Below, one piece after another: positions 1 through 13,165 of a stretch of 64,000 nucleotides of DNA. Each line of letters opens with the position of its first letter. The first letter of the stretch is position 1. Made by a program: the position numbers and the translations under genes. The DNA is from Eutreptiella sp. 'Long Island Sound 2002' (taxonomy: Eukaryota; Protista; Euglenida), in the NCBI GenBank assembly GCA_964036045.1, contig OZ038378.1, positions 165,664,001-165,728,000 on the forward strand, given 5' to 3'. The notes under the pieces are model-generated. The model was not told the DNA's origin and did no database searches. It saw only the letters and a list, made by a program, of their open reading frames with translations.

Positions 1-768
1 CGGAGCTCTTCTACGGGTTTCACCCCCCACGAACTTTTCCATGGAGGACGACCTGCTTGGTTCTTCAAAACCCCCTTTCCTGAGGACTTCAAGAGCCCTG
101 TGGGAGATTGGCTGGAACACAAGCAGTCTCTGGCTAACCAGGCTGGTACTAACCTGAGACACATTCGTGACCGTGAACAGAGCCAACGGAACCGCCTACG
201 GCGACCTGCCAGCTTCAAGGTTGGTGACCTTGTTTTGGTACACCATTCACGCCTACCCTCCTGGCCACGTAACTGCCTACAGGACCCTTACTTTGGACCC
301 TATCGTATCATCAGGATAGATGGATCCAGGATCGATGTCAGGTGCAGTCCACGTCTAGGTGGTGAACTGCTGTGTGCACCTAAGCAGTTGAGGCACTATC
401 ACTCCCCTGACGACTTGTCTTGGGATGAGTGGCGCCTCAGCGACAGTGAGGTGGAGCGTATAGACCTAGAGAACGCTGCCAGTCCAGAGGAGGCAGACGA
501 ACTCGAAGAGATAACTGCCGATGAGATGGCAGTCGATGGTCACTACGTGGTTGCAGGTATTGCTCGCCACGAGTATAAACAGGGATGGAAATTCCTAACC
601 CTGTTGGATGGCTATGGGTTATCTGAGGCGACCTGGGAACCTATTTCAGCCTTCATACAACCAGATGGGAGTATCAACCCCATCTTCCGCACCTACCTCG
701 TTGAGAACAACGAGGGGCAGCTCCTGACCCGTGCTGAGACTATGTCCCAGCGTAAGAAGCGAAACTAA
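1..768 (+). mobile_element. Ty3/Gypsy (chromovirus-like) pol C-terminus: end of integrase core, GPY/F module and chromodomain; open from the window edge
   Basis: Frame 1 is open from base 1 to TAA at 766-768. It shows STGFTPHELFHG (integrase end), DPYFGPYRIIRIDG (GPY/F) and HYVVAGIARHEYKQGWKFLTLLDGYGLSEATWEPISAF (chromodomain). Confidence 0.88.
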
Positions 769-1148
769 TCTCCCTGTGTCAGTCTACTGACAGGTGCAGT
801 GAGCACTCTTCTGCAGACGTGCCTGTGTATGGGTGTAAGAGCAGTTGTCACAGTTGCCCCGCATTGCATCGCAGGACAGGACCGTTAGCCCCCCGTGACA
901 ACCACTCCCTGGCCGAAGGCCATTGGTTTTTTACACAGACTACTGCTTACTGAGCACTGCACTGACCCTGTCTGTACCCCTGCAGACCCATGCCTATGGT
1001 TTCCAGCGTGAGCCAGGTGGCCGCTTATCAGGATTGCAGCCACCCAGCGAGTGTGTGCCTTGTTGACCATGTGTTGCATGGGTACTGCCCTAATGTAATG
1101 ACCTTGGAGAGCCAACGAAGAACGGTGGCTTACTACACCAGGGGGGAA

Positions 1149-2126
1149 TGACAAGCAAGGTGTTATGAGGCAAGGTGTGTCTTCCCTCCTTGGGGACAAG
1201 CGAACCCACAGTTAGGACCCCTGACTGGTCCAGACCCATGGGGTTCTACCCTTCCTTACAGGGTTTACCATACCCCTATGTGTGCTACGTATGTCTGTGT
1301 GTGTCTCACTTCTCTCCCCGGCGTGGCTCCCGGAGACCGGGCTTCGCTGACGTCGGACCGAATGTCCTAATCAGGTGCTCTTACCACTCCTATGGCGCCC
1401 AATTTCTGTGCTGGCGCCTATCCTTGGGGTAAGACGGCAAAAGCCCTACCTACTAGAGGGGAGGGGTGGCCAAGTGTGCTATGGGCATACAAAACGCCCA
1501 TTTTTGCTACAGGCCAAAAGCTAACGCACTCCCCTGCCCACGAGGAAAAGCACGCGGGACAGGAGACACCACTACACTACACTCACTAACGCCAGCACCG
1601 GCCTTCGAAGGCAAGGTGGGCACTCATCACTTGCACTCCACTCCCGCCAGGCCTGGTGACCCTAAACCCTACACACGCTACTGGGTGCTGCTGTCGAAGA
1701 TCACTCAGGTCCTAATGACCCTCCTGTGAAGAAGGCAAGAGAACACAGCGCTGCTAAGCAACTGTGGCCTAACAGGGGACGCCACAACGTGTTTCCCCTG
1801 CTAGGGCTTGGAGGGAAGGGGTGCTCTCGTTGCGTGCACAGCGCAGATGTCGTTGAAGTCGAACTGCCCTCGCCAGTCCTGGCTGAGGCACAGTCATTTG
1901 GCTTGTGATCAGCGCCCCTGTTTTGCTGGGGCAGAAAAATGGATAGCCGCCAAGGGCAGCTGCTGCGTGCACCAATCACCCTGAACCTCTCCCACCTGTA
2001 CAACAGAGGCAAATGAAGGGGTGTTTGCGGCGGAGGAACCAAGCCACACTCCACGTATTATACGCTTCTCAGTGTGACCTATAATACACTGTCCGCAAAC
2101 ACGCCGAAGGATCAGCTCCCCTGTCA
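1149..2126 (+). mobile_element. Putative 3' LTR (~980 bp) of the Gypsy element
   Basis: Purine tract AGGGGGGAA (1140-1148) is directly followed by TGACA, and a matching TGTCA ends at 2126. The partner LTR is outside the window, so the boundary is unconfirmed. Confidence 0.5.
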
Positions 2127-3174
2127 AGCAAGCAAGCGTTAAGAGACTCCTCAGGTTCTCTTAAAGAACGTACCGAGGAGCCCCTGGGTAACCTAAACAA
2201 GGTTTACCGTGCGCAATTCGCGTGGCCTACCCTTTAATGCATCATGTGCACACAGGGAAGGGAGGCTTAACCATATCCACACTGACTCAACCAGGAGGTG
2301 AGCTCCTCCTGGGCTAACCTACCTTACTCACCATGCATCGTGTGAATGCCGAAGTAAAGCGAACACAAAACAAGCCTAAGCGTTTTAAGCAACCCTACTT
2401 TAACGCCACGGCCACACACGAACAAACGCTTTCTTTACTTACCTGTGGAGAAGAAAAAAAGGGTGAATTTGGGGTACAGGTAAAGCGTCACAGCGTGTGA
2501 ATGCCACGATTAGGCACATGCATGGCGAGCACAGCGCATATACTAACCCTACGTGCGCGCTGCGCGCTCCATTCGCATCGCATACCTTTCATTCCTGTGC
2601 AGACCTGTGCAGAGCACGAGGAGGAACACCCGACCCCCCAACGAACACAGCGTTGACAACCCTAACGTTTTGACGAAACAACCAACACGAACACAATGCA
2701 TGCGTGTGAGACGACACTGACATACCTGAGAGGTGGGTTGTTGACCTGCTCTGTGGTGTGGGTTGAATTTGAAGACTTTTCTCTAAAGTTTATAAAAATT
2801 TTGATGCAACTGTGCAAAAATTTCCTTTAGAACTTTAAAAACTACGGCTCATACCTTCTTTTTCAAAAGCCGTTTACGCTTGCGCAACCCTTTTCTTGGA
2901 GTCCGCTTCCTTTGCGCTTGTCTGCGACTTTGAGTTATGTGTAAAAATGACGATTTCCCGCGTGGTTTCGTGGATTTTTAACGATTTCACTTGCTAAATC
3001 GCAACCCCTTCCGCTAAACCGCAGGAATCACTCCCTGCTGGTTACATTTTCTTTTTTTTCCAGCTCCTGGAGGTTTGTGTCCTCCATTGGGAGTATTGCT
3101 CCGCCCTGGCCCCTGGACAGGACGTATACTAAAACGCTGTTTATACAGCAATGGCCGTCCGCATTAGAGCGTTG

Positions 3175-3240
3175 ACTGTACCCTAGTGGGCAAGCATATG
3201 TGCTCTAGGGAGGGAGTCCTGGGTTCAAACCCCGCTACCC
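3175..3240 (+). other. tRNA-derived (SINE-head-like) remnant
   Basis: TAGTGG near 3184 and GGGTTCAAACC at 3221-3231 give A/B-box-like spacing. No convincing cloverleaf. Confidence 0.3.
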
Positions 3241-5007
3241 CCAAACTTTTTCCGAAGGTTTTCGTCGCACGCCGGCGACTTTTGAGGAATGCCCCATCGA
3301 AGGGACATCATTCACGGTACATTACACTGTTTTTCAAGGGTACCTACAGTGTGATAGGCTTCTATGAAGTGATGAGGATGTTTTTGGTAAGTTTAATGCA
3401 TTTTCTGAGGTAATTTTGGGAATATTTGAGCCTTTTTCCTTGGTCCTACTGGCTTAGCTAACTAGTACTCCAGGGGGGAGTAAGAAAAAGTCACTGCCAT
3501 GTCTTTCTTGGAGGGCTTGATCCAGGCCAAGCCCCCCTTAAAACCCTTTTGTTGATGCTAAGACAAACTTAAGTGTTTTTATCTCTCTTTTGTTGCCTAA
3601 AGTACACTTTCTCAAAGTAACTAGGGTTGTGACCCTAGCCCCCCATGAAGTTCACCCCTACCACTCAACTGAGCGGAGGTACCTTCCTTCATTAAGGATA
3701 TACCGAAATAAAATAGGCATTTCATGCTTTAGGCCTTGGAGGTTAAGCCTAGTGGTCTCCCACCCCAAGACCCCCATACTCAATTGTTTCTACCACTTAT
3801 TGTGGTCCTACTTTGTAACTGTTTTTGAATTCAGTTGCTTGGCCAAGTCATTTTCTGTGCGGTCCTGACATCTATGCCCCACATTCCTAACCAGCACCAT
3901 TTCACCCAAAAGAGTGCACATGAAGTGCCTAATGCTATCTCTGAGGCAAGAGTCAGACCAATTTTCATATAAAATCTTTTGTATTATGCTTTTGTGATTG
4001 AATCTTTGTGTATAAACCTGCTTTGTCTATTTGCAGCCCTTTTGTGTTACACTGGATTCCAAAACCAATCATTGATTCGATCCACATCCTGTTCTTCCTC
4101 TACTTGCTGCTTTGGTTTGGGTTTTCAACTACAAAACCTGCAGGATTTCATCAAAATATCTAGGGCATAAATCAAGGACATCTTTCCACCCTCGCTGATA
4201 TGGCACAAAGAGAAGGTCAAAATATAGTGGCACAAGTGGAAAGAGTGCCCTTTGTGAATCAAAAGCACCCCGAAAAGAAGTGCGAAACGATGCAGCAGCG
4301 ACTCTCTGTTCAAAGACCGCGTGGAAAATCTGCCCGTGCCATAGATGAAGCCGGAGACCAACAGGTACAAAAATTGTCACGACCTCGGACGGATCACGTA
4401 CGCACATCAACTTGGAGATTGTGGAGTTTTGTAAAGGCTTGAGGGTAGAATTGGTTATTACCGTCCCCAAATCTTACTGATTGCATGCAACCCCTTGATA
4501 GAACAATGTTCAGAAGTCTGAAAAGCAAATTCAGGATGATAAAGAGTTTGCCCCGCCAGGTTTGTGCAATTTTTCAATAAGGCTTGGACACAAGCAGCGT
4601 AACCTGTCAATAATATTTATGTGGCCTCTTAATTTTGATTGGAAATATTTTGGCCTTGAAGCGTGAATACATCCGTGTACTTTTTTTCTGAACCGAAATA
4701 TATGTAATTACCCGGTACAGCTTCAGGAACTCTAGGTACTAGTTGAATTGCCCACAACAAACACCAAAATCTTTCTTCCCCTACATATGTCAGTTTGACC
4801 CAATGGTTCGTTATCGCGTTGTTCCTTCCGCTACTGTGGGCTAATGCGCCTGCAGTAGTGTGCCTTTGCACCCCCTTGGCCTTTTGCGAAATTCACATGT
4901 TTGTGTCTATGCTACTCATTGCTTGATGTTGACGGATAACCTTTATGTATGGGAAGGTCTGGACGTTCCATTTCCCTCCCTTCTCCTTCCCTGAGCTCCT
5001 AGTCCCA

Positions 5008-5224
5008 GGCATAAAACCACTCCCAAATGGGGGATAAAACCACCCTGGGTGGTTTCATGCCCACTTTTAAGGGGGATATAACCACCCCTGTTGCGGGATA
5101 AAACCACCCATTTGAGGGGATAACCCCGGCCCCCAAAGGGGGGGATAAAACCACCCCCAGGGGTCAAAAATGGCCAGGGGGGGGGGGGGGCTGGTTTTAT
5201 CCCCCATTTGGAGGGTTTTATACC
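5008..5224. repeat. Foldback/MITE-like element with subterminal GGGGGATAAAACCACCC-type repeats
   Basis: Perfect 19-bp inverted repeat: CCAAATGGGGGATAAAACC (5023-5041) and GGTTTTATCCCCCATTTGG (5193-5211). It extends imperfectly outward. Confidence 0.7.
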
Positions 5225-8200
5225 CACGACCAAGCTCCCTTCTGTGCGCACTGCAGCCAGCCTGGGCAACGTGAAGAATCATTCTCATTGTGCACAAAGG
5301 TCCGCGACCAACAGTGGTAGCAACCAACAGCTTGGGAACAACTGGGGAAAACCAGAGTGTTCTCCCATTTGCACAAAAGGCCACTGGTTAGCACCCACAA
5401 AACAAATGGGCATAAACAGATAACTGATGGAACACTGAATTGGCCAGAACTGATGGGGAATGCAACCCAGAAATTGCAATGAAGCACAAAAAAAAGGACG
5501 TTCCATTTCTAGTGAAAAAGAGAGGACACAACAGACAAATGTGTGACACACAACACACATACACATCGGTTGTTTTCGGCTGCCCTGGTGTAGGCTACCC
5601 TTCAAAAAAATGTGGGAGCATGCAGGAATATGTGGGAATATGCATAACCCCCCCCCACCCTCCCCAGCTTTATGGGATCTAATTTGCCGCGGCCTGAATC
5701 GTTCCTGGTGTCCCTTGACATGCGTCCTTATTCAGCTCCCCCACACTACCTTCCCAACTACGGTCCCAATCCAGTCTCGATTAGGTTAAGGGCCCACCCA
5801 TCCACCAGTTCCCATTGGTACGACATCCTACACAATTTCGATAACAGCCCTTTGCCCCCCCCCCCCCCCAAACACAAATCGAGCATGGCACAGAACATAC
5901 ACCTCCTGTTGCCACTGTTGCAGTGTGTCAAGTCGAGGATTGGACAAACTGGGGGTAACCTTGGACAAACTGATGTGAACTCCATCGAGTGAGGGGGTTG
6001 CAAAAGCTGGCATTGCAATTTGGCTTTCTTTTGAGTGCACAACAACACCAAGAGATATCTTTCTTCAGCACAATACAGTAAAGTGGGTTAGGCAAAATGG
6101 AAAGGTTGATTTACGGTCAGAGCAATCAACCATTGACAATGTGCTAAGGGAGCACAATCCAAAACAAATATCAAGGCAATGCAGCTCCAGGGCACGCGAG
6201 GCTTTGTGTGGTGCACTCACAAAATGGGTGAACACACAGCACATAGAAAAATGCAATCCGACAAGGCTCAGTGCCCAGTGCAGATCCACTAAACAAATGT
6301 CTACCTGCAGTGTAGTCGCAGGAAACACTGCCTGACACCCGATTAACAGTTGCAGAATATTGGATGCAATGGCTCTTACCCCCACGCCTCCCTTCTGGCA
6401 GAGGAAGGAGGGGAAAAAGGATGGACCCGTGACCCAATAGGTTTTGTTTTGCCCCCGTGGCCCCTCACGTTGGGCAAAAACTGGGAAGTCCTCCCTGCCA
6501 GAAACCCCAACCACTCTGAAATGCACTACAATAAAAATATGAAATGCATGGCCCACAGCAGTGGGTTGGCGAAACGGAGATACCCTGGTCAGACCCAGTC
6601 ACTACATGGTACCCGAGGCTGAAAATGTGAGGATGCACTGTGCAAAAAGTCACTGCACAGCAGAGCACATCAAACAATAGAACACCAGTGAGCCGGTCTC
6701 CTGTTACCCTGAAACTTGGCCGTATTGTAACAGGTCAGGGGACAGTAAAGACCCGGCAGACAATCTGATGGATATCTCATAACATCATAATATAAGCAGT
6801 TTTCCTGCCACAAAGGGGAAATTGGCGGAAATGTCCACAGAAACACCACCACTCTAATTTGGATAGTGCAGCTTTCGGGTGATGAGGCATGTGTGTCACT
6901 TGTGGATGCATACATTGTCCCGTTTGGGTTCCAAGGGATTCAACATTCAAGCACCAACCCCTGAACCTCATTTTTAGGGCTCTGACGATCCAAAGGCTCT
7001 TGGGTGACACTCGTACTCTGAGTGAAGGGGTCAGGCAAATTGGGAGGGGGGCTGAGATAGAGTCACTGAGGAGAATTCAAACAAAAGGGAAATCCCCCTT
7101 GCTGCACGGAGGCCTGCTGTGCTGCTAGTGCCTGCCTACCTTCGAAAAGGGCATACATTACACTAAAATGTTACCTCCTCTGACACGCATGCGTGGTGCA
7201 ATTTCAGCACCCTAATTGGGTTTATTGGGTGGAAACTTAGTTTATTTCCATTGATGGCATCCACGGGACAAGAATTTGTATGGAACGGTCATAGAAACAG
7301 TGTTTGGTGGTTGTTCAGGGGTTTGCCCAACACAAGTGACACACAATTGTTCTACAGCCATGTCCGGGGCGGATGGTGCGCTGTGCACACTTTTACCCCT
7401 TTTCACACCATTTGCACCCACCTTCACTGCTTCTTGTCCTTTGTGAGTGGAGATTGGATTATGACGAGGGGAATCACGTGACAACTAGTATATTCATGAC
7501 GCAGACAAGACTGATCAGTGTTTGGGTGGGCATTGATATTGAGTTCAAAGACGTACAACCAGATATCTATCAAGAGGTCATGGGTGGAGTGCCCATGCAG
7601 GGGGCACTTGGTACAATGATATCCCCTGGATCTGTCATCACAGCTTAGGTGGACCGGGGTGGCGTAACAGGTTTGCATGCAACAAAGGTCTCCTCCAATC
7701 CAAAGACCTCATCCCTTAGGTGCCGATGGTTGCAGCTGCCCACACTCTCCACCAAGGAGGCCATTCGCTTTAGATAGAAACAGAGCCATGGCTCTCACGG
7801 CCCAAGAAGCGCACAAGGAAGATGGAGCACCTAACATGGGGAACATGAGGTGGTCCAATGAGCAATCTGGATACAGCTGGAAATGGCCAGACTGTTCATA
7901 TTGGATTGCCACACAGTCTGGGGTGGATGATGGGCTCACAATGGCGGTGAGCACACGCTTAATCATAGTGCCTCGCAGATAGAAGACACCACTGCCGAGC
8001 TCCAATAGTTCAAAATTCATTGACACATGAGCTATTGAGGAGAGGGAGGCAACATGCTGCAACGTTAAACTTTTGTTCATATGCATGCATCCATCATGCC
8101 CAAATACCCAAAAATAATGCCCCTCATGAGTGTCTTACATGTACAAATAGCTGTATTAGCATCACCCAACCATTGCATTCAGTGTTCACCACCAACTTTT

Positions 8201-8805
8201 GAGCAACATTTAGCGTGACCGGAATTTGTGTGCGCACAGGGCTGATGGCACACCGTGCGCTGCACTGCGCACGCCGCGCACACCACATGGACAGCACTTT
8301 CAATACCATGTGGAAAATCCCAAAATCGGGTTCAAGAAGTGGTTGACGTCGAAAATTTCGCACTGTGTGCACACTGCGTGAATCACATTCCCCAGAAGTT
8401 GACAACTGCTGTCTCAGCTCTTGTACAAAGAGGGTGCATGAGAGGCACCTCAGGCGCCCTTGACACCGGGCAAAGAATTGGAGGGAGCACAACCCAAATG
8501 CAAACTCCCACACAAACAAATGACCGCACCCTCCCCAAGCGCACACACATCAACAAGCCCACCTTTGCCTGTGCACTAAGCCACGTCTCCTTGGGGTTTG
8601 GCTGAACTTTCTTGGCACCATGTTTGCACCCATTCTCTCCCCTTGGACAACAACCAGTTTGACCCGGGGTTGGGTTGGAGTGTGTTGTAAGGGCTGTTTC
8701 GCCGAGGGGCACTCAGATTGTGGATGTTCTGAGTTCAAGTTTCTTCCAATGCAATGTGCCCTTCACACTCACATTGATGGTTGTCATCTTGGTGCTTTTT
8801 TGTGG

Positions 8806-8847
8806 ACAACAACAACACCAACACCAACAACAACAACAACAACAACA
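8806..8847. repeat. (CAA)n microsatellite, interrupted
   Basis: Direct reading of the sequence. Confidence 0.9.
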
Positions 8848-9590
8848 TTCGTAACCAGTTCAGTCTGAGACTGGGCTTGGGTACCACCCCGCCCTGCGGC
8901 TGCATATGATACACTTGTACGCACTCACTCACATACAACCCGAAGTCCTGTGGGCGCTTTTACCTGGGTGCTCTGTGGTCTGAATGCTGAAAGAAATGGA
9001 CTGAAGTTCGCGATGTGTGGGCTTAGTGGACTGATAGGTCTCAATGACCAACATTTTTGGCTGCAACATGCTGGACCATGAAAAGAAATCCTTCAACTTG
9101 CTTGATACATACCTTCAAGGACACCTTCAATTTGTTTGGGATGGTGCCATGTCCCCTACGTGCCTCAAATGTCTGACACACCTCGACTTCCGTCTTACAG
9201 ATGTCACGAACGTCCACATTCCCCCACCGTGCAGCCCCACAGCCATCTATTTACAACACAATTGCAAGAAGCGCCATCTAATCCCAAGACCTAATTAAGG
9301 TGAGCTAAGCGAAGGTGTAGGTGAAGGACCAGGGTGGCCGTTGTGCATGGAAGGTTGTTGAGCCAAAGGATGGTCGTCATGCAGGGGGTAAATGGTAAGT
9401 TGTACCATTGTGCCCCACTTGTGCACCATCGTGTGCGACCACTTAGTCCTTCAGCAGCAATGGTGAGACAATTTGGGAATTGGAAGGATTTGCTTGGTAC
9501 AAAGCAGAGGTTCAAAATTCAGTCCCCGAGCTTGTGCTTTAGGGGGCAGGAGGCTGAAGAGGGGTTCAAAAGCGGGTGCAAAGATGGTCA

Positions 9591-10811
9591 CTGGCGATTG
9601 GACGAGCAGTTAAGGGACAGGATCCGGCGGTTACAAAACGGATGGAGAACTGTTGGGGGCGGACAGAGGCGGTTGGGTTGGGACGAAGTGTCACCTGCCT
9701 CCCCTTCCAGGCGCATGCCTGCTCGCCCCTGCCTTCCCGTGTGGGCCGTTCTACTGGTGATGGAGGCCTGAACACCATGTCTGTGCCCCCCCCACTCCGG
9801 CACCGCTGTGAATCACCCCCCCCCACACACACAGTGATTTCCGCCCCACGCTCTGGGATTTACACATCCCGGAAGGGCAGGCCGTTGATCGTGTTGCATG
9901 GACCCTCAACTGCCTGTGCTGTGCCCCTTCGTCCCATATGTCGGCCGCCCGCACACGCCCCAAAGGGACTCTTTCGGGCCCATACGTCCCCAAACTTGGG
10001 CCTCAGGCCGCCTGGACACTACAGCCAGGGGCGACAGCCTCCTCCACCCCCGGTGTGTGGGCGGTGCACCCCCCCACAACCCCTGTGGGTGCAAAGTCCT
10101 CCCGTACCGTGCAAAGTCGCTGGGGACGTCCTCCGAAGTCAACCATGCACCGATGATGGACGGCATTCTCGGGGTCGATGCAGGTGGCAGTCACGAGCCG
10201 GGCAGTCCAATGTCCCCATCGACCATCAACTGGTGCTCCCCCAGTGCACGTGCATCACCAGCACCGGGCACCACAATGCCACACGGGTGTCCAGGCCACT
10301 GAAGCGGACTGCCCAGGACCCCCCCCCCCGAAACTGCGGATGCCAAGTGAACTGCCTGACGCATGGTCAACGAAGCAGGCCCTGGGCCTGCCCACCAGCC
10401 CCAGGTCAGGGGTAAAATGAGCAGCACCCCCGGCCGGAGGCTTTTCCCCGGCCACTTTGTCACGGAGACAGTCCCCTGTGGCTGTGCCACAGGGGCTGTT
10501 CCTCAGGCTGCACAATGCTGTTCCAAAAGTCTGTGCCGAGGATTGGCCTTACTCTCATCCGCGGGTTGCCCACCGACCGCCCTTCAGTTGGGATAGTGCG
10601 GGTTGCAATGCTGGATCCCTTTCCCCGAAAGGCCCACCAGCCCTCTGGCGATTGGACGAGCAGTTAAGGGACAGGATCTGGCGGTTACAAAACGGATGGA
10701 GAACTGTTGGGGGCGGACAGAGGCAGTTGGGTTGGGACGAAGTGTCACCTGCCTCCCCTTCCAGGCGCATGCCTGCTCGCCCCTGCCTTCCCGTGTGGGC
10801 CGTTCTACTGG
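9591..10811. repeat. Pair of 167-bp direct repeats (9591-9757, 10645-10811) flanking ~890 bp of GC-rich non-coding DNA
   Basis: Both copies run CTGGCGATTGGACGAGCAG...CCGTTCTACTGG and differ at only ~2 positions. Confidence 0.85.
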
Positions 10812-10926
10812 GGGGTCCGCTCCCCTTTCCACGCTGTCCGTTGCGTTTTACCCTTGATCGACGCCAGGCGTTGTGGCTACAACCACACACTTGGCACATT
10901 GACACGTCACCATACAGGGGGAGGTG

Positions 10927-11442
10927 CAGGGCTCAGAAGTACCCGGCTCCGGTGGCGGGTACTGTACCCACAAACGTACCCACAATGTACCCATGGCAAG
11001 GAAAAATGGGGGAAAATGGGGGGAAATGGGGGAAAATGGGGGGAAATGGGGGAAAATGGGGGGGAAACGGGGAAAAATGGGGGAAAATAAGGAAACTTGG
11101 GTGGTGCAACTGGTCCCCTTTCCCCCCATTTCCTCCCCATTTCCTCCCCATTTTCCCCCATTTTCCCCCATTTTCCCCCATTTTTCCCCATTTTTCCTCG
11201 GGAGCTTTCCCCATTTTCCCCCATTTTTCCTCGGGGGCTTTCACCAATGCGCCCCCCCCACAGCCTTGTTGCCAACCTAAACCTTGATTTTTGGCCTTTT
11301 CAGCCCCTAAATTTCCCATTTTTCCACCAAGCAATCTGAATTTCCCTCATTTACCCCCATTTTCCCCCATTTTTCCTACTTTGGCCCATTTCCCGGATAG
11401 TGTTCCGCTAAACGTACCCAAACTGGGTACTTCTGAGCCCTG
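10927..11442. mobile_element. MITE, 516 bp, with 18-bp perfect TIRs and a 6-bp TSD
   Basis: TIR CAGGGCTCAGAAGTACCC (10927-10944) and its reverse complement (11425-11442). GAGGTG is duplicated at 10921-10926 and 11443-11448. The interior has opposed GGGGAAAATG and CATTTTCCCC arrays. Confidence 0.88.
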
Positions 11443-12845
11443 GAGGTGGGTGGCGGGGGTTTGGAACCCAGTGACAGACAAAGTGGGAAGTGGGACTTGT
11501 AGTGACTCGGAAATCGGGTGACCCGTCACCCACCATCATCATCGGCGACTCCAATGCAACACCCACATAAAATGACATGGGGGGGGGGGGGGTTGGCACA
11601 AGGCCTCGGTGTCTGATTGTTTGCCTTTGGCGGCGCCTATTGGCCTCTCGCCACCGCTCATTCTGACCCTCTGTGGGCCCGAACGTGTTTTGGTTGTGTC
11701 ACCGGAGCCCCTGGATGACTTGTCCTGTTTGACTACTCCGGGTCGGCTGTCCCGGAGACGGGCTGTTGCCCGTGCCGTTGACCAGGTGCATCCAAGGGGG
11801 GGGGGGGGGGCGGCAGTCGGGCAGAGATGGATCACTTCAACGTTGGAGTTGTTGTTTGTGTCAATTGGGGGCCACTCCCGGAGCAAACCCCCCGAGGCAC
11901 AGTTCCGGCCCTGGTTTTGGACAAGTTGCCTTGCCAGCCAAGCCATATTCTCAGGAAACACGCCTGCCTGAGACGTTCGGGGCTTTCTTATCAGCCCTTG
12001 TCTGGACAGTCCGGCACACGTTCTGCCCAGTGCGCACCGCCACCTGCAGCGTCGGTATGCGTCCTGCGGAGGGTGGCTGCGGGTGCCGTCCGGATGGGGG
12101 GGACCCAGGCATTACGTTTGGGGTGCTCGACAGCGACCGCGCCGCGCACCCCGGGGGATGCGGGTACCGCTCATCCGTGTCCGGTTTTGGGGTGCAGTCC
12201 GCTTCGCATGTCAGCGCCGCGCCCCGTTTCGTGGAGGCCGGTCGGCCATCGGAAAGCGCCGGTGCCGGCAGAGGCACTCGCGACTGCCGCCCTCTCGTGG
12301 CAGACACCCACGCGACGGTGGTGCTTTGCTTTGGGGTGGAGAGTCGTCGGCGTCCCTGTTCGAATGGCCGTGTGAGGGGTGCGTGGGGACTGGGTTTGCA
12401 GGCCCGGTCGGCCGCGTGCGCCCCAAGTCGCCCGGGTCATGTGGTCGGCGCACCCCCACGTAGGCCCTGGTGCACTGTGCGCACCCCAAGTGGGCCCGGG
12501 CATGTGGGGCAGGGGGGGGAGGGGGACGGCGATGCGGTTTTCGCTTCTAAATGTAATAATACAACTGCCCCGCTCGCCCGGGGACTGGCCCGGCTTTGTG
12601 GGCCATGGCAGGGCCATACCCGACAGCGGATGCTGGGCACCGACGGCAGTTGCTCGTTGGCGAACGGCGGGTAACGACCAATGGAGGGCGGTCGGCAACG
12701 ATCCGCGGTGCCGCAATGCAGGAATGTAGGAATAGAACAAACTCACTTAGCCGGGGACGGTCAGGGGGGTCCATAAGAGAGAGACAAAAAAGGTGTTCCT
12801 GAACGGCAGTTTTGCAAAAAGACCGCGTGTAGCTCATATGTTCAA

Positions 12846-13165
12846 CCATGGTTGGTGGCGATTGGCGGTTGGCGGTTGGCGGCGGTTGGTGGTGGTTGGC
12901 AGCGGTTGGTGGTTGGCGATTGGTGGTTAGTGGCGGTTGGCAGTGGTTGGCGGTTGGCGGTTGGTTGCCGCTGGCGGGTGGCGGTTGGCGGCGATTGGCG
13001 GTTGGCGGTTGGCGGCGGTTGGTGGTGGTTGGCAGCGGTTGGTGGTTGGCGATTGGTGGTTAGTGGCGGTTGGCAGTGGTTGGTGGTTGGCGATTGGCGG
13101 TTGGCGGTTGGCAGTCCCTTGGGGCAGTCCTTTAAAAAAAAAACTAGGTCCTAAAGGACCCCCCT
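12846..13165 (+). repeat. (GGCGGTT)n-like simple repeat ending in a short hairpin
   Basis: GGCGGTT/GGTGGTT array with an internal block duplication, followed by GTCCTTTA...TAAAGGAC inverted arms. Confidence 0.8.

Noticed and set aside
7240-9560. Transposase or host gene remnants
   Set aside because: Short, broken, coding-like patches without diagnostic motifs; not assignable.
10848-11339. Gly/Lys/Trp- and Pro/Phe-rich ORFs
   Set aside because: They are translations of the GGGGAAAATG/CATTTTCCCC arrays inside the MITE.
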